A DNA stretch of 64,000 nucleotides from an uncultured Alphaproteobacteria bacterium. GTDB taxonomy: Bacteria; Pseudomonadota; Alphaproteobacteria; RF32; CAG-239. The DNA lies in assembly GCA_944391505.1 (NCBI GenBank), contig CALXTV010000007.1, positions 2,839 through 66,838 of the forward strand, read 5' to 3'. Within the stretch, counting starts at the first letter, position 1; the number at the start of each line of letters is the position of its first letter. Made by a program: the position numbers and the translations under genes. Under the pieces are notes generated by a model. That model did no database searches. It had not been told where the DNA came from and saw only the letters and a program-made list of their open reading frames with translations. Positions 1-9,893 of this stretch are shown piece after piece.

Positions 1-72
1 TTATTTCGCTCGGAAACTGTAAGCAAAGGTTGCGGATACGAACTTAATTCCATTCAGCCTTTGGTTTTTTTA

Positions 73-891
73 TCAGAAAACGTTTGCGTTTCGGATAATA
101 TCCAGAGCGATTTGTCTGGCATAGGCGCTGGCGGAATGACGATAATCTTTGATGCTGTTTTCTTTGTCATGCAGTCTTACGGCAAAGAAAATTTTATGAT
201 TGTTTCGTTCATAAAATCCGACGAACCAGGCTGTGTCAACAACATCGTCTTTTATGCCCAAACCTGTTTTGCCATATATTTTGACCGGCACATTCGTGAT
301 AAGCATCAAATCTTTCAGCGTTTCCGTCATTTGATTTTCTTCGGCAAAAAGCTGCGCCAAAAATCGGACTTGTTCCACGGGCGAAATTTGCAGAGATGAT
401 TCTATCCAAAAGCCCTTTAATTTCGCAATATTGGTATTGGTGTTTTGTTTTCCCTCCCAGTCGGAAATATCCTGATTTCCGTAATGGTATTTTTGCAGAT
501 AAGTCCGAATTTTTTCCGGAGGCACTTTGTCCGTTAATGTTCGAAAATACCACACACAAGATGTTTTGAAAGCCGTTTTAATTTCCATGTCTTGATTCCA
601 TTGCGGATTTCCGTAGTCTTTGCCGTCCCATTCAAGGGTTGAGTTTTGGGCGGTAACAATATGTTCGGCCAAAGCAAAATAGGAAGACATGATTTTAAAT
701 GTTGAACAGGGCGAAGAGCGCCGTCGGCTTAATGCCGTGTTATAAATTTTGTATTCTGAGGCTTCCGGGTCATAAAAAACGGCAGTTCCGTCAATACCTT
801 TAAAATATTTTGCGAGGTTAATTTCTTCGCTTGTTTCCCTGCTGCAGGAAAGCGTCAAAAAAACAAACAATAAAAGTTTAATCAGTTTCAT
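73..891 (-). CDS. Class D (OXA-type) beta-lactamase, lipoprotein
   Basis: The STFK active-site motif, YGN, KTG and WxxG motifs are present in class D order. The N-terminus has a lipobox (LTLSC). Confidence 0.85.
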   Translation of the reverse strand: MKLIKLLLFVFLTLSCSRETSEEINLAKYFKGIDGTAVFYDPEASEYKIYNTALSRRRSSPCSTFKIMSSYFALAEHIVTAQNSTLEWDGKDYGNPQWNQDMEIKTAFKTSCVWYFRTLTDKVPPEKIRTYLQKYHYGNQDISDWEGKQNTNTNIAKLKGFWIESSLQISPVEQVRFLAQLFAEENQMTETLKDLMLITNVPVKIYGKTGLGIKDDVVDTAWFVGFYERNNHKIFFAVRLHDKENSIKDYRHSASAYARQIALDIIRNANVF

Positions 892-1070
892 TTTTTTGTG
901 TATCCATGGAAATAAAAACCTGCTAACATACTTTTATAAGTAAAGCAATAGAAATCGTTCCTCCTGCGTCCGGGCGGAATTTGAAGAAAAATTTGATGAA
1001 TTGAAATAGGAACCGTTTCAATCGGCAGATATAAAAAAAGACGGTTGCACGAACCGTCTTTTTCATTGTT

Positions 1071-1415
1071 TCAGAAGATGGAATAAATGCCATAGGCCGC
1101 AAAGCAGGCGCATGGCACAAAAACGAGCCAGCTCTTAAACATCCGCCGGACGCCGAAATAGGGATAACCGTCTTCCCATTCGTCAATACAAATTTCATGG
1201 CTGCCGACATAATAGAAAAATTCGTTGCTGATAAGCCAGAAAAAGCCGATAACGGCATATTCCCGGATTTCCGAAAAACCGATGCCGATTGTCAGAAGTA
1301 AAATAACCGACTGAACCGCCGCACGAACATTCCGGAAGAATTTTTCGTCTCTAACCTGTTTTTCAAAAAAGCTTTTCATAAGGCTGTATATTAAGGGGTT
1401 AATAATATATTTCAT
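1071..1415 (-). CDS. Small integral membrane protein, hypothetical
   Basis: 114-aa ORF with 3 predicted hydrophobic helices. It sits in an operon-like arrangement with the flanking minus-strand genes. Confidence 0.45.
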   Translation of the reverse strand: MKYIINPLIYSLMKSFFEKQVRDEKFFRNVRAAVQSVILLLTIGIGFSEIREYAVIGFFWLISNEFFYYVGSHEICIDEWEDGYPYFGVRRMFKSWLVFVPCACFAAYGIYSIF

Positions 1416-1486
1416 AATTTGATTTCTGCTTTTTTATAACATAACCGGCAAAAAAAGTAAACCGGTCTCGGCCGGAAAGATTTGTC

Positions 1487-2281
1487 TTACAGACTCATTT
1501 CTTTTGCCGGCAGATTGGGGTGCTTGTTTTTGGAAATGATAAATGAGGGGAAGACGGTCATGCCGTCCCCGTAGCCGTAATAGCTGCTGGCCTTTGTCAA
1601 AATGTCTCTGGCTTCCAGAAAGGCACAGTTTCTTTTTCCGTCATTGGCGTGTATTTTGTTTTCAAATTGTCTTTTTTGTGCCGGCGTTGCCTCAATCGAC
1701 AATATTTTTGGAAGATGGGCGCCGGCGTTCGGCGTCGGATTGGCCGGATCATAAAAATAATCGCCGCCGGGGATTTTCATGCTGATAAAGCTGTGCGGTT
1801 CGCCGTCTTCATCGGAGGAATGGTGCAGCAGCTCGCCGCCGCAGTATTTTGAGTCAAACCCCTGCCTTTGCAGATAAGCCTGGGCAAGCAGGGCAATTTC
1901 GGCACAGGCGCAAATGCCGGCCGCAACGGCTTCGGAGAGGGTTTTGCTGCCTTTTTCGTCATAAAATTTTGCCCTTTGGTCTGTGTTGTCCGACAAGCCG
2001 GGATACATTTTTCGCAAAACATTGTCAAAGGCATACAGATGAGCGAAGGTTTTAAGGTCAAAACCGGGAGCGGCCTTGTCCAGCCACTGTTTCATTCCGC
2101 TGTCGGTTTCAATCCGCCGGGCGTTTTCTTCCGTTTTTTGAAAAAGCGCCTCAAAATTGTCAATATCGGCCGTAACGGCCAGATTAAAAGTACCGGGATA
2201 TGAACCGCCGATTAAAATTTTGTCGTTGTTTTGAATGTCGTCAATGCGGCAGCTTACGTCGTTTAACTTTTCAAAATTCAT
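1487..2281 (-). CDS. Transglutaminase-like cysteine protease domain protein
   Basis: Core motif GICACAEIALLAQAYLQRQGF (catalytic Cys) is followed by His and Asp positions (PHSF...DYFYDP), as in the TGase-like superfamily. Confidence 0.55.
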   Translation of the reverse strand: MNFEKLNDVSCRIDDIQNNDKILIGGSYPGTFNLAVTADIDNFEALFQKTEENARRIETDSGMKQWLDKAAPGFDLKTFAHLYAFDNVLRKMYPGLSDNTDQRAKFYDEKGSKTLSEAVAAGICACAEIALLAQAYLQRQGFDSKYCGGELLHHSSDEDGEPHSFISMKIPGGDYFYDPANPTPNAGAHLPKILSIEATPAQKRQFENKIHANDGKRNCAFLEARDILTKASSYYGYGDGMTVFPSFIISKNKHPNLPAKEMSL

Positions 2282-2387
2282 TTTCAGGCTCCAACTGCAA
2301 AAATTATATCATGTTTTTTATAAATTTTAAATTAACGAAATTCCCTTAAGCTGATTTTGAGTATTGGGGTAATATACGAAAAAGATA

Positions 2388-3008
2388 TTGATGATGAAAA
2401 ATCTGGTTGAAATTGCCGATCCGCATTTTATCGTCGATTTGATGTATGCGGGAACGACGCACAACATAACCGGCCGCCCGGTCTATGTGGAAATCGGCAT
2501 GGGAAATCATGCCTACGTCCATCAGGATCTATGGCAGGCGCTGCAAAAGCTTGTTCCTTATCTGGATAAGACGGGGCGCCGGCTCAAAATTTATGAAGCC
2601 TGCCGACCGGTCAAAGCGCATGAGCGTCTGTTTGCCGCCGTTCCGCGAGATGGTTTTTTTATCCCCGACGCCGGAAGTTCGCCGCATTGCCGCGCGGCAG
2701 CGGTTGACGTGGCGCTGGTTGGCGCCGACGGTGTCGAACTTCTCTATCCGACGCCGGTTGACGCCTATAATCCGTATTATGCCGCCGAAGTTCAGTCCGG
2801 CCGGCTGGACGGTTTTTTTGAATATCTGAAAAAGGCCGCGCTGAACTGCGAGGACAAAACCATACCGGAGACGGCCGTCCGCAATCGCGATGAACTCCGG
2901 GCGCTGATGGAAGGCGTCGGTCTGGTGCCGGTTCCGAGACTGCACGAATGGTGGCACTATGAGCTCCCCGACGGCCGGACGGATAAATATCCGCTGATTG
3001 ATTTCTGA
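2388..3008 (+). CDS. ddpX: D-alanyl-D-alanine dipeptidase (VanX/DdpX, peptidase M15D)
   Basis: LMYAGTTHN, SPHCRAAAVDVAL (the Zn-binding HxxxxxxD region) and EWWHYE are characteristic of VanX-family dipeptidases. Confidence 0.8.
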   Translation: MMMKNLVEIADPHFIVDLMYAGTTHNITGRPVYVEIGMGNHAYVHQDLWQALQKLVPYLDKTGRRLKIYEACRPVKAHERLFAAVPRDGFFIPDAGSSPHCRAAAVDVALVGADGVELLYPTPVDAYNPYYAAEVQSGRLDGFFEYLKKAALNCEDKTIPETAVRNRDELRALMEGVGLVPVPRLHEWWHYELPDGRTDKYPLIDF

Positions 3009-3468
3009 AAACGAAAAAGACGCTCTCCGGCAAAAAAAAGCTTTGATGTTTGCAAACGGCGTCGGCCGGGCTGTGTAACAGAAGTTATACCAACGGGTAA
3101 CCGCCCGCGGAAAAATATCCGCGGACTTGCACCGGCCGCACCGCAAAATGCCTATAGCAGATATTGTTTAAAATGCACTCATAACGAGTATATAAAATAA
3201 TTATACAGTATTAATATTTATATAAAATGTGAATAATGTTGATTGCTATGTAATAAATATTGATAAAATAACTTAAGTTAGTAAAAATCCGTAAAGATAA
3301 AAAGGAACCTACTAAATAAATAATGTTAATAATTATCATTCTTTGTTGAAGAAATTCCTAAGAAGACTTAATAATACACCAATAAAAACATGTTACGTGT
3401 TGCTTGATATTTGTAAATCATGAAATAATGTCGTTTTTTGTCTAATGAACTTAATTTTAAGGTAATGT

Positions 3469-4383
3469 ATGAATAGTCAAAATTTGATTTTAGATATTAG
3501 TGATATAATAGAGAAAAATACAAGTAATAATGCTTGTATTTTATTGGGAGATTCTCTAAAAATACTAAAATCGATTAGAGAAAAATCTATTAATTTGATT
3601 TTTGCAGATCCCCCCTATAATATAGGTAAGAATTTTGGTAATAATTTTGATAAGTGGAAAACAAAAGAAAGTTACATAAATTGGTGTAAAGAATGGATTA
3701 TTGAATGTATGCGTATCTTAAAAGATGATGGAACAATGTATTTTATGATGGCAACTCAATTTATGCCATATTTGGATGTTTTTGCATCAGAAAACTACAA
3801 CGTCTTATCAAGAATAATATGGAATTATGATAGTTCAGGAGTTCAAGCAAAAAAAATGTTTGGTTCTCTTTATGAACCTATCTTAATGATAAATAAATCT
3901 AAAAATAATCCATACACTTTTAATGCTAAGGATATACTAATTGAAGCTAAAACAGGGGCAAAACGAGGATTGATTGATTATAGAAAAAATCCACCGAAAC
4001 CATATAATACACAAAAAATTCCAGGTAATGTTTGGGATTTTTCAAGAGTCAGATTTAAAATGGATGAATATGAAAATCACCCAACCCAGAAACCAGAAAA
4101 GTTATTAGAACGTATTGTAAAAGTATCAAGTAATAGGGGAGATATTGTTTTAGATCCATTTGCTGGTAGTTTTACAACAATATCTGTTGCGAGTAAATTA
4201 GAAAGATATGGAATAGGTATAGAATTAAATCCTGAATATTATAAAATTGGTTTACGCAGACTCGGAATAACTCAAGAATTTAAGGAAAAAAAACTTTCTA
4301 AAGTAAAAAAGACCAGTAATGAATCGAAATCTCTAAGCTTTACGTATCATCAAGGAATTTTACCATTATGCGGGAATTTATAG
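3469..4383 (+). CDS. DNA methyltransferase, beta-class (motif IV DPPY precedes motif I FAGSFTT); N6-adenine or N4-cytosine
   Basis: IFADPPYN sits near the N-terminus and DPFAGSFTT near the C-terminus. GC is about 30% against about 52% for the flanks. Confidence 0.85.
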   Translation: MNSQNLILDISDIIEKNTSNNACILLGDSLKILKSIREKSINLIFADPPYNIGKNFGNNFDKWKTKESYINWCKEWIIECMRILKDDGTMYFMMATQFMPYLDVFASENYNVLSRIIWNYDSSGVQAKKMFGSLYEPILMINKSKNNPYTFNAKDILIEAKTGAKRGLIDYRKNPPKPYNTQKIPGNVWDFSRVRFKMDEYENHPTQKPEKLLERIVKVSSNRGDIVLDPFAGSFTTISVASKLERYGIGIELNPEYYKIGLRRLGITQEFKEKKLSKVKKTSNESKSLSFTYHQGILPLCGNL

Positions 4384-5429
4384 AAGAAATTCTAAAAGAA
4401 GAATATCAAAATAAATTTGAGTACATATTTAATAATAGTCCCTTATTACAATATTTGGATTGTAAAATGGGAGCTGTCTATGGAAATTCTAAAACAAGAA
4501 GAAGTTTAGCCAATATTTATGCAATCTATTCTATTTTAAATTTCTATGTTGAAGATTTTTATAACCAAAAAGAAAAATATAAATCATTTACAGGGTATCC
4601 GTATACAAAATTATTTTCGTTTTGTCGTCAGCTTTATGGGGGAGAAAAATTACAAAATCATGCTCTAAACAGTAGGGTTAATGGTGAATTTAAAAATAAA
4701 GAAAATACAAATGAGCTGATAATTATTGATAGTGGTAAATATGCTTTACATATAAATTTCTTGTATGTTGATGAAATTGATATTTCAAAAACAGCTATAA
4801 AGATTATCCAGAAATACATACAGCTTTTAATGGAGAAGGATAATGCTTTTGTTAAAGATTTAGAAGAGTTAAAGACATTAAAAACCATAAATGAAAAATT
4901 AGATAAATTAAACACTATGCTTACCGAAAAATCAGAAGCAAGAGTTTTTGAAATCATATCCTATGCAATTCTAAAGAACCACTATAAAGGAACAAAAATA
5001 TACTGGGGATATTCCCCTCAAAATTTGCAACAAGAGTTTCTTACTCTTTATAAAACGGGTAGAACTAATGCAAATGATGGCGGAATAGATTTTGTTATGA
5101 AACCATTAGGACGTTTTTTTCAAGTGACGGAAGTTATGGAAAATTATGATAAATATCTATTAGATATTGATAAGGTAATGCGATTCCCAATAACATTTGT
5201 AATAAAAACATTAAAAACAAAAGATATTGTAAAGAGTGAATTAGATAATTTTATTCAAATTAAGTCAGGAGGAATGGAGATTATTATTAATAGGTATAAA
5301 CAAGCGATAGAGGAAATTATTACTATTAATGAACTAAAAGAATGGATGTCTAATTTGTTTGATGTTGAGATTAATGCTGTAATTAATGATATTGAAATGT
5401 ATTATAAATTAGAAATGAATTTGTTATAA
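4368..5429 (+). CDS. Putative type II restriction endonuclease (partner of the methyltransferase)
   Basis: Its start overlaps the methyltransferase stop by 16 nt, indicating translational coupling. It shares the same AT-rich island and has a possible degenerate PD-(D/E)xK motif (IIDSG...FLYVDEIDISK). There is no recognisable homology beyond that. Confidence 0.4.
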   Translation: MREFIEEILKEEYQNKFEYIFNNSPLLQYLDCKMGAVYGNSKTRRSLANIYAIYSILNFYVEDFYNQKEKYKSFTGYPYTKLFSFCRQLYGGEKLQNHALNSRVNGEFKNKENTNELIIIDSGKYALHINFLYVDEIDISKTAIKIIQKYIQLLMEKDNAFVKDLEELKTLKTINEKLDKLNTMLTEKSEARVFEIISYAILKNHYKGTKIYWGYSPQNLQQEFLTLYKTGRTNANDGGIDFVMKPLGRFFQVTEVMENYDKYLLDIDKVMRFPITFVIKTLKTKDIVKSELDNFIQIKSGGMEIIINRYKQAIEEIITINELKEWMSNLFDVEINAVINDIEMYYKLEMNLL

Positions 5430-5519
5430 TTAAATAAAATAATAAGCTATATTAATATAATTTTTATGCAAATAGTCATAGTTAAAATTTGTTTAAAATG
5501 CAATTAATAAAATAAGTTT

Positions 5520-7200
5520 TTAGAACAAACCCGAAATTATGCCGTTTTCGTCGACGTCAATCCGTTCTGCGGCCGGATGTTTGGGCAATCCGGGCATGGT
5601 CAGAATATTCCCGGCCAGGGCAACGACAAATCCGGCGCCGGCCGAAAGCCTGACGTCGCCGACCGTAAAGCTGTAACCTTCCGGCGCGCCCTTGCGTTTC
5701 GGGTCGTCGGAAATCGAGTTCTGCGTCTTGGCAATGCAGACCGGCAGGCGGCCATAACCCTTGTTTTCAAATTCCGCCAGTTTTTGGGCGGCTTTGTCCG
5801 AGAAGACGATTTCCCCCGCCCGGTAAATTTCTCTGGCAATCAGACTGATTTTTTCTTTCAGCGGCAGTGCCGTGTCATAAAGCGGCGCAAAGCTGCCGGG
5901 CTGTTCCGCGGCTTTGATAACGTTTTGCGCCAGTTCCAGAACACCTTTGCCCCCGTTTTCCCAGCCGGTTGCCGTCACCGCTGCAACGCCGGCCGCCGCA
6001 CAAAGTTCCCGCAGCAGGGCGATTTCCGCGTTGCTGTCCGAAACAAAGCGGTTGATTGCCGCCACTGTCGGCACGCCGAATTTGGCCAGATTTTCGAGAT
6101 GTACTTTCAAATTGGCAAAACCTTTGCGCAGCGCTTCCGGGTTTTCTTCGCCGAGCCGGTCTTTTTCGACCCCGCCGTGCATTTTCAGAGCCCTTACCGT
6201 GGCCACGATAACCGCGGCGGAAGGTTTCAAACCGCCGATACGGCACTTGATGTCAAAAAACTTTTCCGCACCCAGATCGGCGCCGAACCCGGCCTCGGTT
6301 ACCACATAATCGGCCAGTCGCAAAGCGGTTTTGGTTGCAATCAGACTGTTGCAGCCGTGGGCAATGTTGGCAAACGGGCCGCCGTGTACCAATGCCGGCG
6401 TTTTTTCCAGCGTCTGCACCAGATTGGGACGGATGGCGTCTTTGAGCAGCGCGGCCATGGCGCCGACGGCTTTGATTTCGCCGGCCGTAACATACCTGCC
6501 GTCAAAGGATTGTCCGATAACAATATTGCCCAGCCGTTTTTTCAGGTCGTTTATGTCTTCGGTCAGACACAAAATCGCCATAATCTCGCTGGCAACGCTG
6601 ATGTCAAAGCCGTCGCGGCGGGGCAGGCCGTCAGCATTGCCGCCGAGCGCGATTTCAATATTGCGGAGCGCCCGGTCATTCAAATCCAGACACCGGCGCC
6701 AGCAGATTTTTTCCGGATCGATGCCGAGTTCGTTGCCCTGTTTGATATGATTGTCCGTCATGGCCGCCAGCAGGTTGTTGGCCGCGGTAATGGCATGAAT
6801 GTCGCCGGTAAAATGCAGATTAATGTCTTCCATCGGCACAATCTGCGAATAACCGCCGCCGGTTGCACCGCCCTTCAGGCCGAAACATGGGCCGAGCGAC
6901 GGTTCGCGCAATGCCGCCGCGGCGTTTTTGCCGCAAAGCCGGAGCGCGTCGGCCAGCCCAATGGAAACGGTCGATTTTCCTTCGCCGGCCGGGGTCGGTG
7001 TAATCGCCGTCACCAGAATAAGTTTGCCTTTCAGCGGTTTTCCGGCCAGTTCGCGCAGTTTGGCAAAACTGATTTTTGCCTTGTACCGGCCGTAAAGTTC
7101 AAGGTCGTCTTCGCCAAGCCCGATTTTTTCGGCAATGCGGACAATGGGCTCCGGCCGGTTTTGTTGCGAAATTTCGATATCTGATAACATTCGGGTCTCC
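5520..7200 (-). CDS. fhs: Formate--tetrahydrofolate ligase
   Basis: MLSDIEI start follows an AGGAGA RBS, and the family P-loop [11 protein letters not shown] is present. The 535-aa plus-strand ORF over the same span is a shadow ORF. Confidence 0.95.
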
Positions 7201-7338
7201 TGCGCTGGTTGCAACTGACCCTGATATTATTTCCGATTTCCGGCAAAATGCAACGCCTGCCGGAAAATATCCCCCGGGGTTTTTTCTTGATGTTTGCAAA
7301 AATGGTGCTAACTTGGGCAGAAGACGAAAGAAAACAAA

Positions 7339-8211
7339 ATGCACGATATTTGGAACCCCTGGCACGGCTGCGTCAAAAAAAGCGAAGGCTGCCGCAACTG
7401 TTATATGTTTTTCCTTGACCGGCAGCGCGGCGGCGACGGCAGCCGGATTTATAAGGTTAAAAACAATTTCGACTATCCGCTGCAAAAAGACCGGGACGGG
7501 CGTTATAAGGTAAAAAGCGGCGAACAGCTCCGCGTCTGCATGACTTCGGACTTTTTCCTGGCCGAAGCCGACGATTGGCGCCCGGAGGCCTGGCGGATAA
7601 TCCGGCAGCGGCCGGACGTTGTCTTCTTTTTGCTGACCAAACGTCCCGAGCGGGTGAAAGACTGCCTGCCGCCGGACTGGGGCGACGGCTGGGAGAACGT
7701 TTTTTTCAACGTCACTTGCGAAAATCAGAAAATGGCCGACGAGCGCATTCCGCTGCTGCTGGAGCTTCCGTTTAAGCACAGGGGCATTATGGCCGCGCCT
7801 TTCATCGGCGAAGTAAGCCTTGCCGGATATCTGGCTTCCGGTCAGATTGAACAGGTCATCGCCGGCGGCGAAAATTATGACGGTTCGCGCCCCTGTGATT
7901 TCAATTGGGTTAAAAAGCTGTATGCCGAATGTGTTGCCGCCGACGTGACTTTTTGTTTTATCGAAACCGGAACATACTTTGTCAAAGACGGCAAAACATA
8001 TCATCTGCCGGACAAACGCCTGCAAAGTGAAATGGCCTTCAAATCCGGCCTGCAGTATCGGGGCAGGGAGCCGGATTTCCGGCTTTCATGGCCACAGCCT
8101 TCACTTTTTGAACACCCGGAACCCTATCAAAAATTTTTCCGCGAACGCTGCCAAACCTGCGGCAGCCGGCTGATTTGCAACGGCTGTTCAAACTGCGGCC
8201 GCTGCGGATAA
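7339..8211 (+). CDS. DUF5131 (phage Gp37/Gp68 family) protein
   Basis: The N-terminus WNPWHGCVKKSEGCRNCY matches the family signature (WNPVTGC...GCxNCY). The C-terminus is Cys-rich. Confidence 0.65.
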   Translation: MHDIWNPWHGCVKKSEGCRNCYMFFLDRQRGGDGSRIYKVKNNFDYPLQKDRDGRYKVKSGEQLRVCMTSDFFLAEADDWRPEAWRIIRQRPDVVFFLLTKRPERVKDCLPPDWGDGWENVFFNVTCENQKMADERIPLLLELPFKHRGIMAAPFIGEVSLAGYLASGQIEQVIAGGENYDGSRPCDFNWVKKLYAECVAADVTFCFIETGTYFVKDGKTYHLPDKRLQSEMAFKSGLQYRGREPDFRLSWPQPSLFEHPEPYQKFFRERCQTCGSRLICNGCSNCGRCG

Positions 8212-8263
8212 GAAAAACCCCTTTGCCTTGGTTATGCAAAGGGGTTTTTCGGAGTAAAGAGCC

Positions 8264-9310
8264 TTATTTCAGCTCCAGAGCCTCTCTCGGCGTGGCAAAA
8301 TTGCCTTTTTCCAGCTTTTTGCGAATGTCTTCGTTCCAGATAAAGCCGCCGTTTTCGTCATACATTTCCTGTACCGGCACGGCCTTATACGAAAACATCG
8401 GCAGATCCAGAAGCTCGTCAATGGCAATTTCATGATGCCAGAGAGCACGCAGTATATAAAAATACTGCTTTGGTTCGTCCTGGGTCTTTCTGATTTCGCC
8501 GTCGGCCTTTTGCAGAAGCAGCCAGTCCGCAGCCTCGGCAAATTCGCCTTCGTTGACTTTTTTCAAAAAAGTCGAGCGGGCAAAACCGTATTTTCCCATG
8601 CGCATGGCGGCCAGGGTAATAACGGCCATTTCCTGCTCGCTGAACTCAAGTTCCGGATTCAGGTTTTTCAGAACCAGAGGCTTCCAGTCTTCGGCCACGA
8701 TTTTAACCGATTCGTCATACGTCAGACCTTTGAAGTCATATTCGCTGACCGGTTTGTCATTGATAAATTTGAAACCGACCAAAGCGCGCGGACAGTCAGA
8801 GTTGATTTTGGTCTGAACGCCGTCCAGATAGGCTCGGGCAATAATGACTTTGTCAAACGACTGATAATACACAGCCTCAACCTTTTGAACCGGAGCGGTT
8901 TTTTCTTTGCTACCGCTGCTTTTCCAACAGAGGAAAATGCCGAATGCCAGAGCCAGAAGCAACAGCCACGGCCACCAGTTTTTGAAATTTTCGTGAGGTT
9001 CGCGGTTTCCCTTTGGCCGATGCCGGAACGGATTGTGAAACAATCCCTGCAGCCGGAGCCAGGCGACAACGGCAATACCCGTCAGCGTAAGCAGCAGCCG
9101 CCACCAGTTGTCGCCGACCCAGGTTAATGCCGGCGCCAGTTGTGAAAAGCACCAGGCAAGCCCCAGGAGAATCACATAAAGGATTGCAAGGGTCAGGGCG
9201 GCAAGTGCGGCCAGAATAAGAAACCGGAGAACGTTCAGGAGATCATAGCGAATAATCAGCTGTCCCTGATACCATTTGCCGTTAAGGCGTTTCAACTCGA
9301 AAGTTTTCAT
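8264..9310 (-). CDS. Membrane-anchored protein with a T4-lysozyme-like (GH24-like) C-terminal domain
   Basis: It has four N-terminal TM helices. The C-terminal region LTYDESVKIVAEDW...AVITLAAMRMGKYGFARSTFLKKVNEGEFAEAADWL parallels the T4L segment ITKDEAEKLFNQDV...[36 protein letters not shown]. The catalytic residues are not confidently placed. Confidence 0.5.
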   Translation of the reverse strand: MKTFELKRLNGKWYQGQLIIRYDLLNVLRFLILAALAALTLAILYVILLGLAWCFSQLAPALTWVGDNWWRLLLTLTGIAVVAWLRLQGLFHNPFRHRPKGNREPHENFKNWWPWLLLLALAFGIFLCWKSSGSKEKTAPVQKVEAVYYQSFDKVIIARAYLDGVQTKINSDCPRALVGFKFINDKPVSEYDFKGLTYDESVKIVAEDWKPLVLKNLNPELEFSEQEMAVITLAAMRMGKYGFARSTFLKKVNEGEFAEAADWLLLQKADGEIRKTQDEPKQYFYILRALWHHEIAIDELLDLPMFSYKAVPVQEMYDENGGFIWNEDIRKKLEKGNFATPREALELK

Positions 9311-9415
9311 ACAATAAAGAGTTTAATAATTTAACATAATTTTTTTAGCATTAACCCGAATATATCATGTATGGACAAAAAAGACAATAATTAATTTTTG
9401 TTTTTGTCGAAAAAG

Positions 9416-9724
9416 TTACTTGACGATTTCCTGACACATCGGATAATTCCGCCCTTTAATGGTCAGATAAGTTCCGTTGCCGCTCTGCATAAAGGTCATG
9501 CCGGTTGCGGTGTTTTCGTATCGTCTTCCGTCGGCCGCGGCCACTCTGTCAAGAACATAATTAACGCCGTTGATGCGGGCAATCAGTGAGTCATCGTCCA
9601 GAAAATCGGCCGATATAATCTGTTCGCCGCATTTATATTCGATTTTTTTCTCAATTTCCACTTCCGGGGTTCCGGCACAGGCCGCCAGCAGCAGAGGCAG
9701 CAGAAAAATCAGGAGTTTTTTCAT
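9416..9724 (-). CDS. mliC: MliC-family lysozyme inhibitor lipoprotein
   Basis: MKKLLIFLLPLLLAAC lipobox, plus EYKCGEQ and the AAADGRRYEN block that parallels MliC SASGARY. The start is taken at the internal Met after a GAGAGGAAAAG RBS, and the start coordinate may be off by 1 nt. Confidence 0.6.
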   Translation of the reverse strand: MKKLLIFLLPLLLAACAGTPEVEIEKKIEYKCGEQIISADFLDDDSLIARINGVNYVLDRVAAADGRRYENTATGMTFMQSGNGTYLTIKGRNYPMCQEIVK

Positions 9725-9893
9725 TTCTTTTCCTCTCATAAAATTGTTTGGTTTTGATGATGTAATCACCGCAGAGGCAAAATCAATCCGGTATAGCGCA
9801 AGGTTCGGAAAAAATTTTTTTTCAAACTCTTGATTTGGAATTTTTTGCATCCTACCTAGAACTTAGAAAGTGATAAATTTTAAGGAGGAAAAA

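Noticed and set aside
5577-7184. 535-aa plus-strand ORF
   Set aside because: It is antisense to fhs, which has unmistakable FTHFS motifs. Long shadow ORFs are expected in GC-rich coding DNA, and this one has no RBS or family signal.
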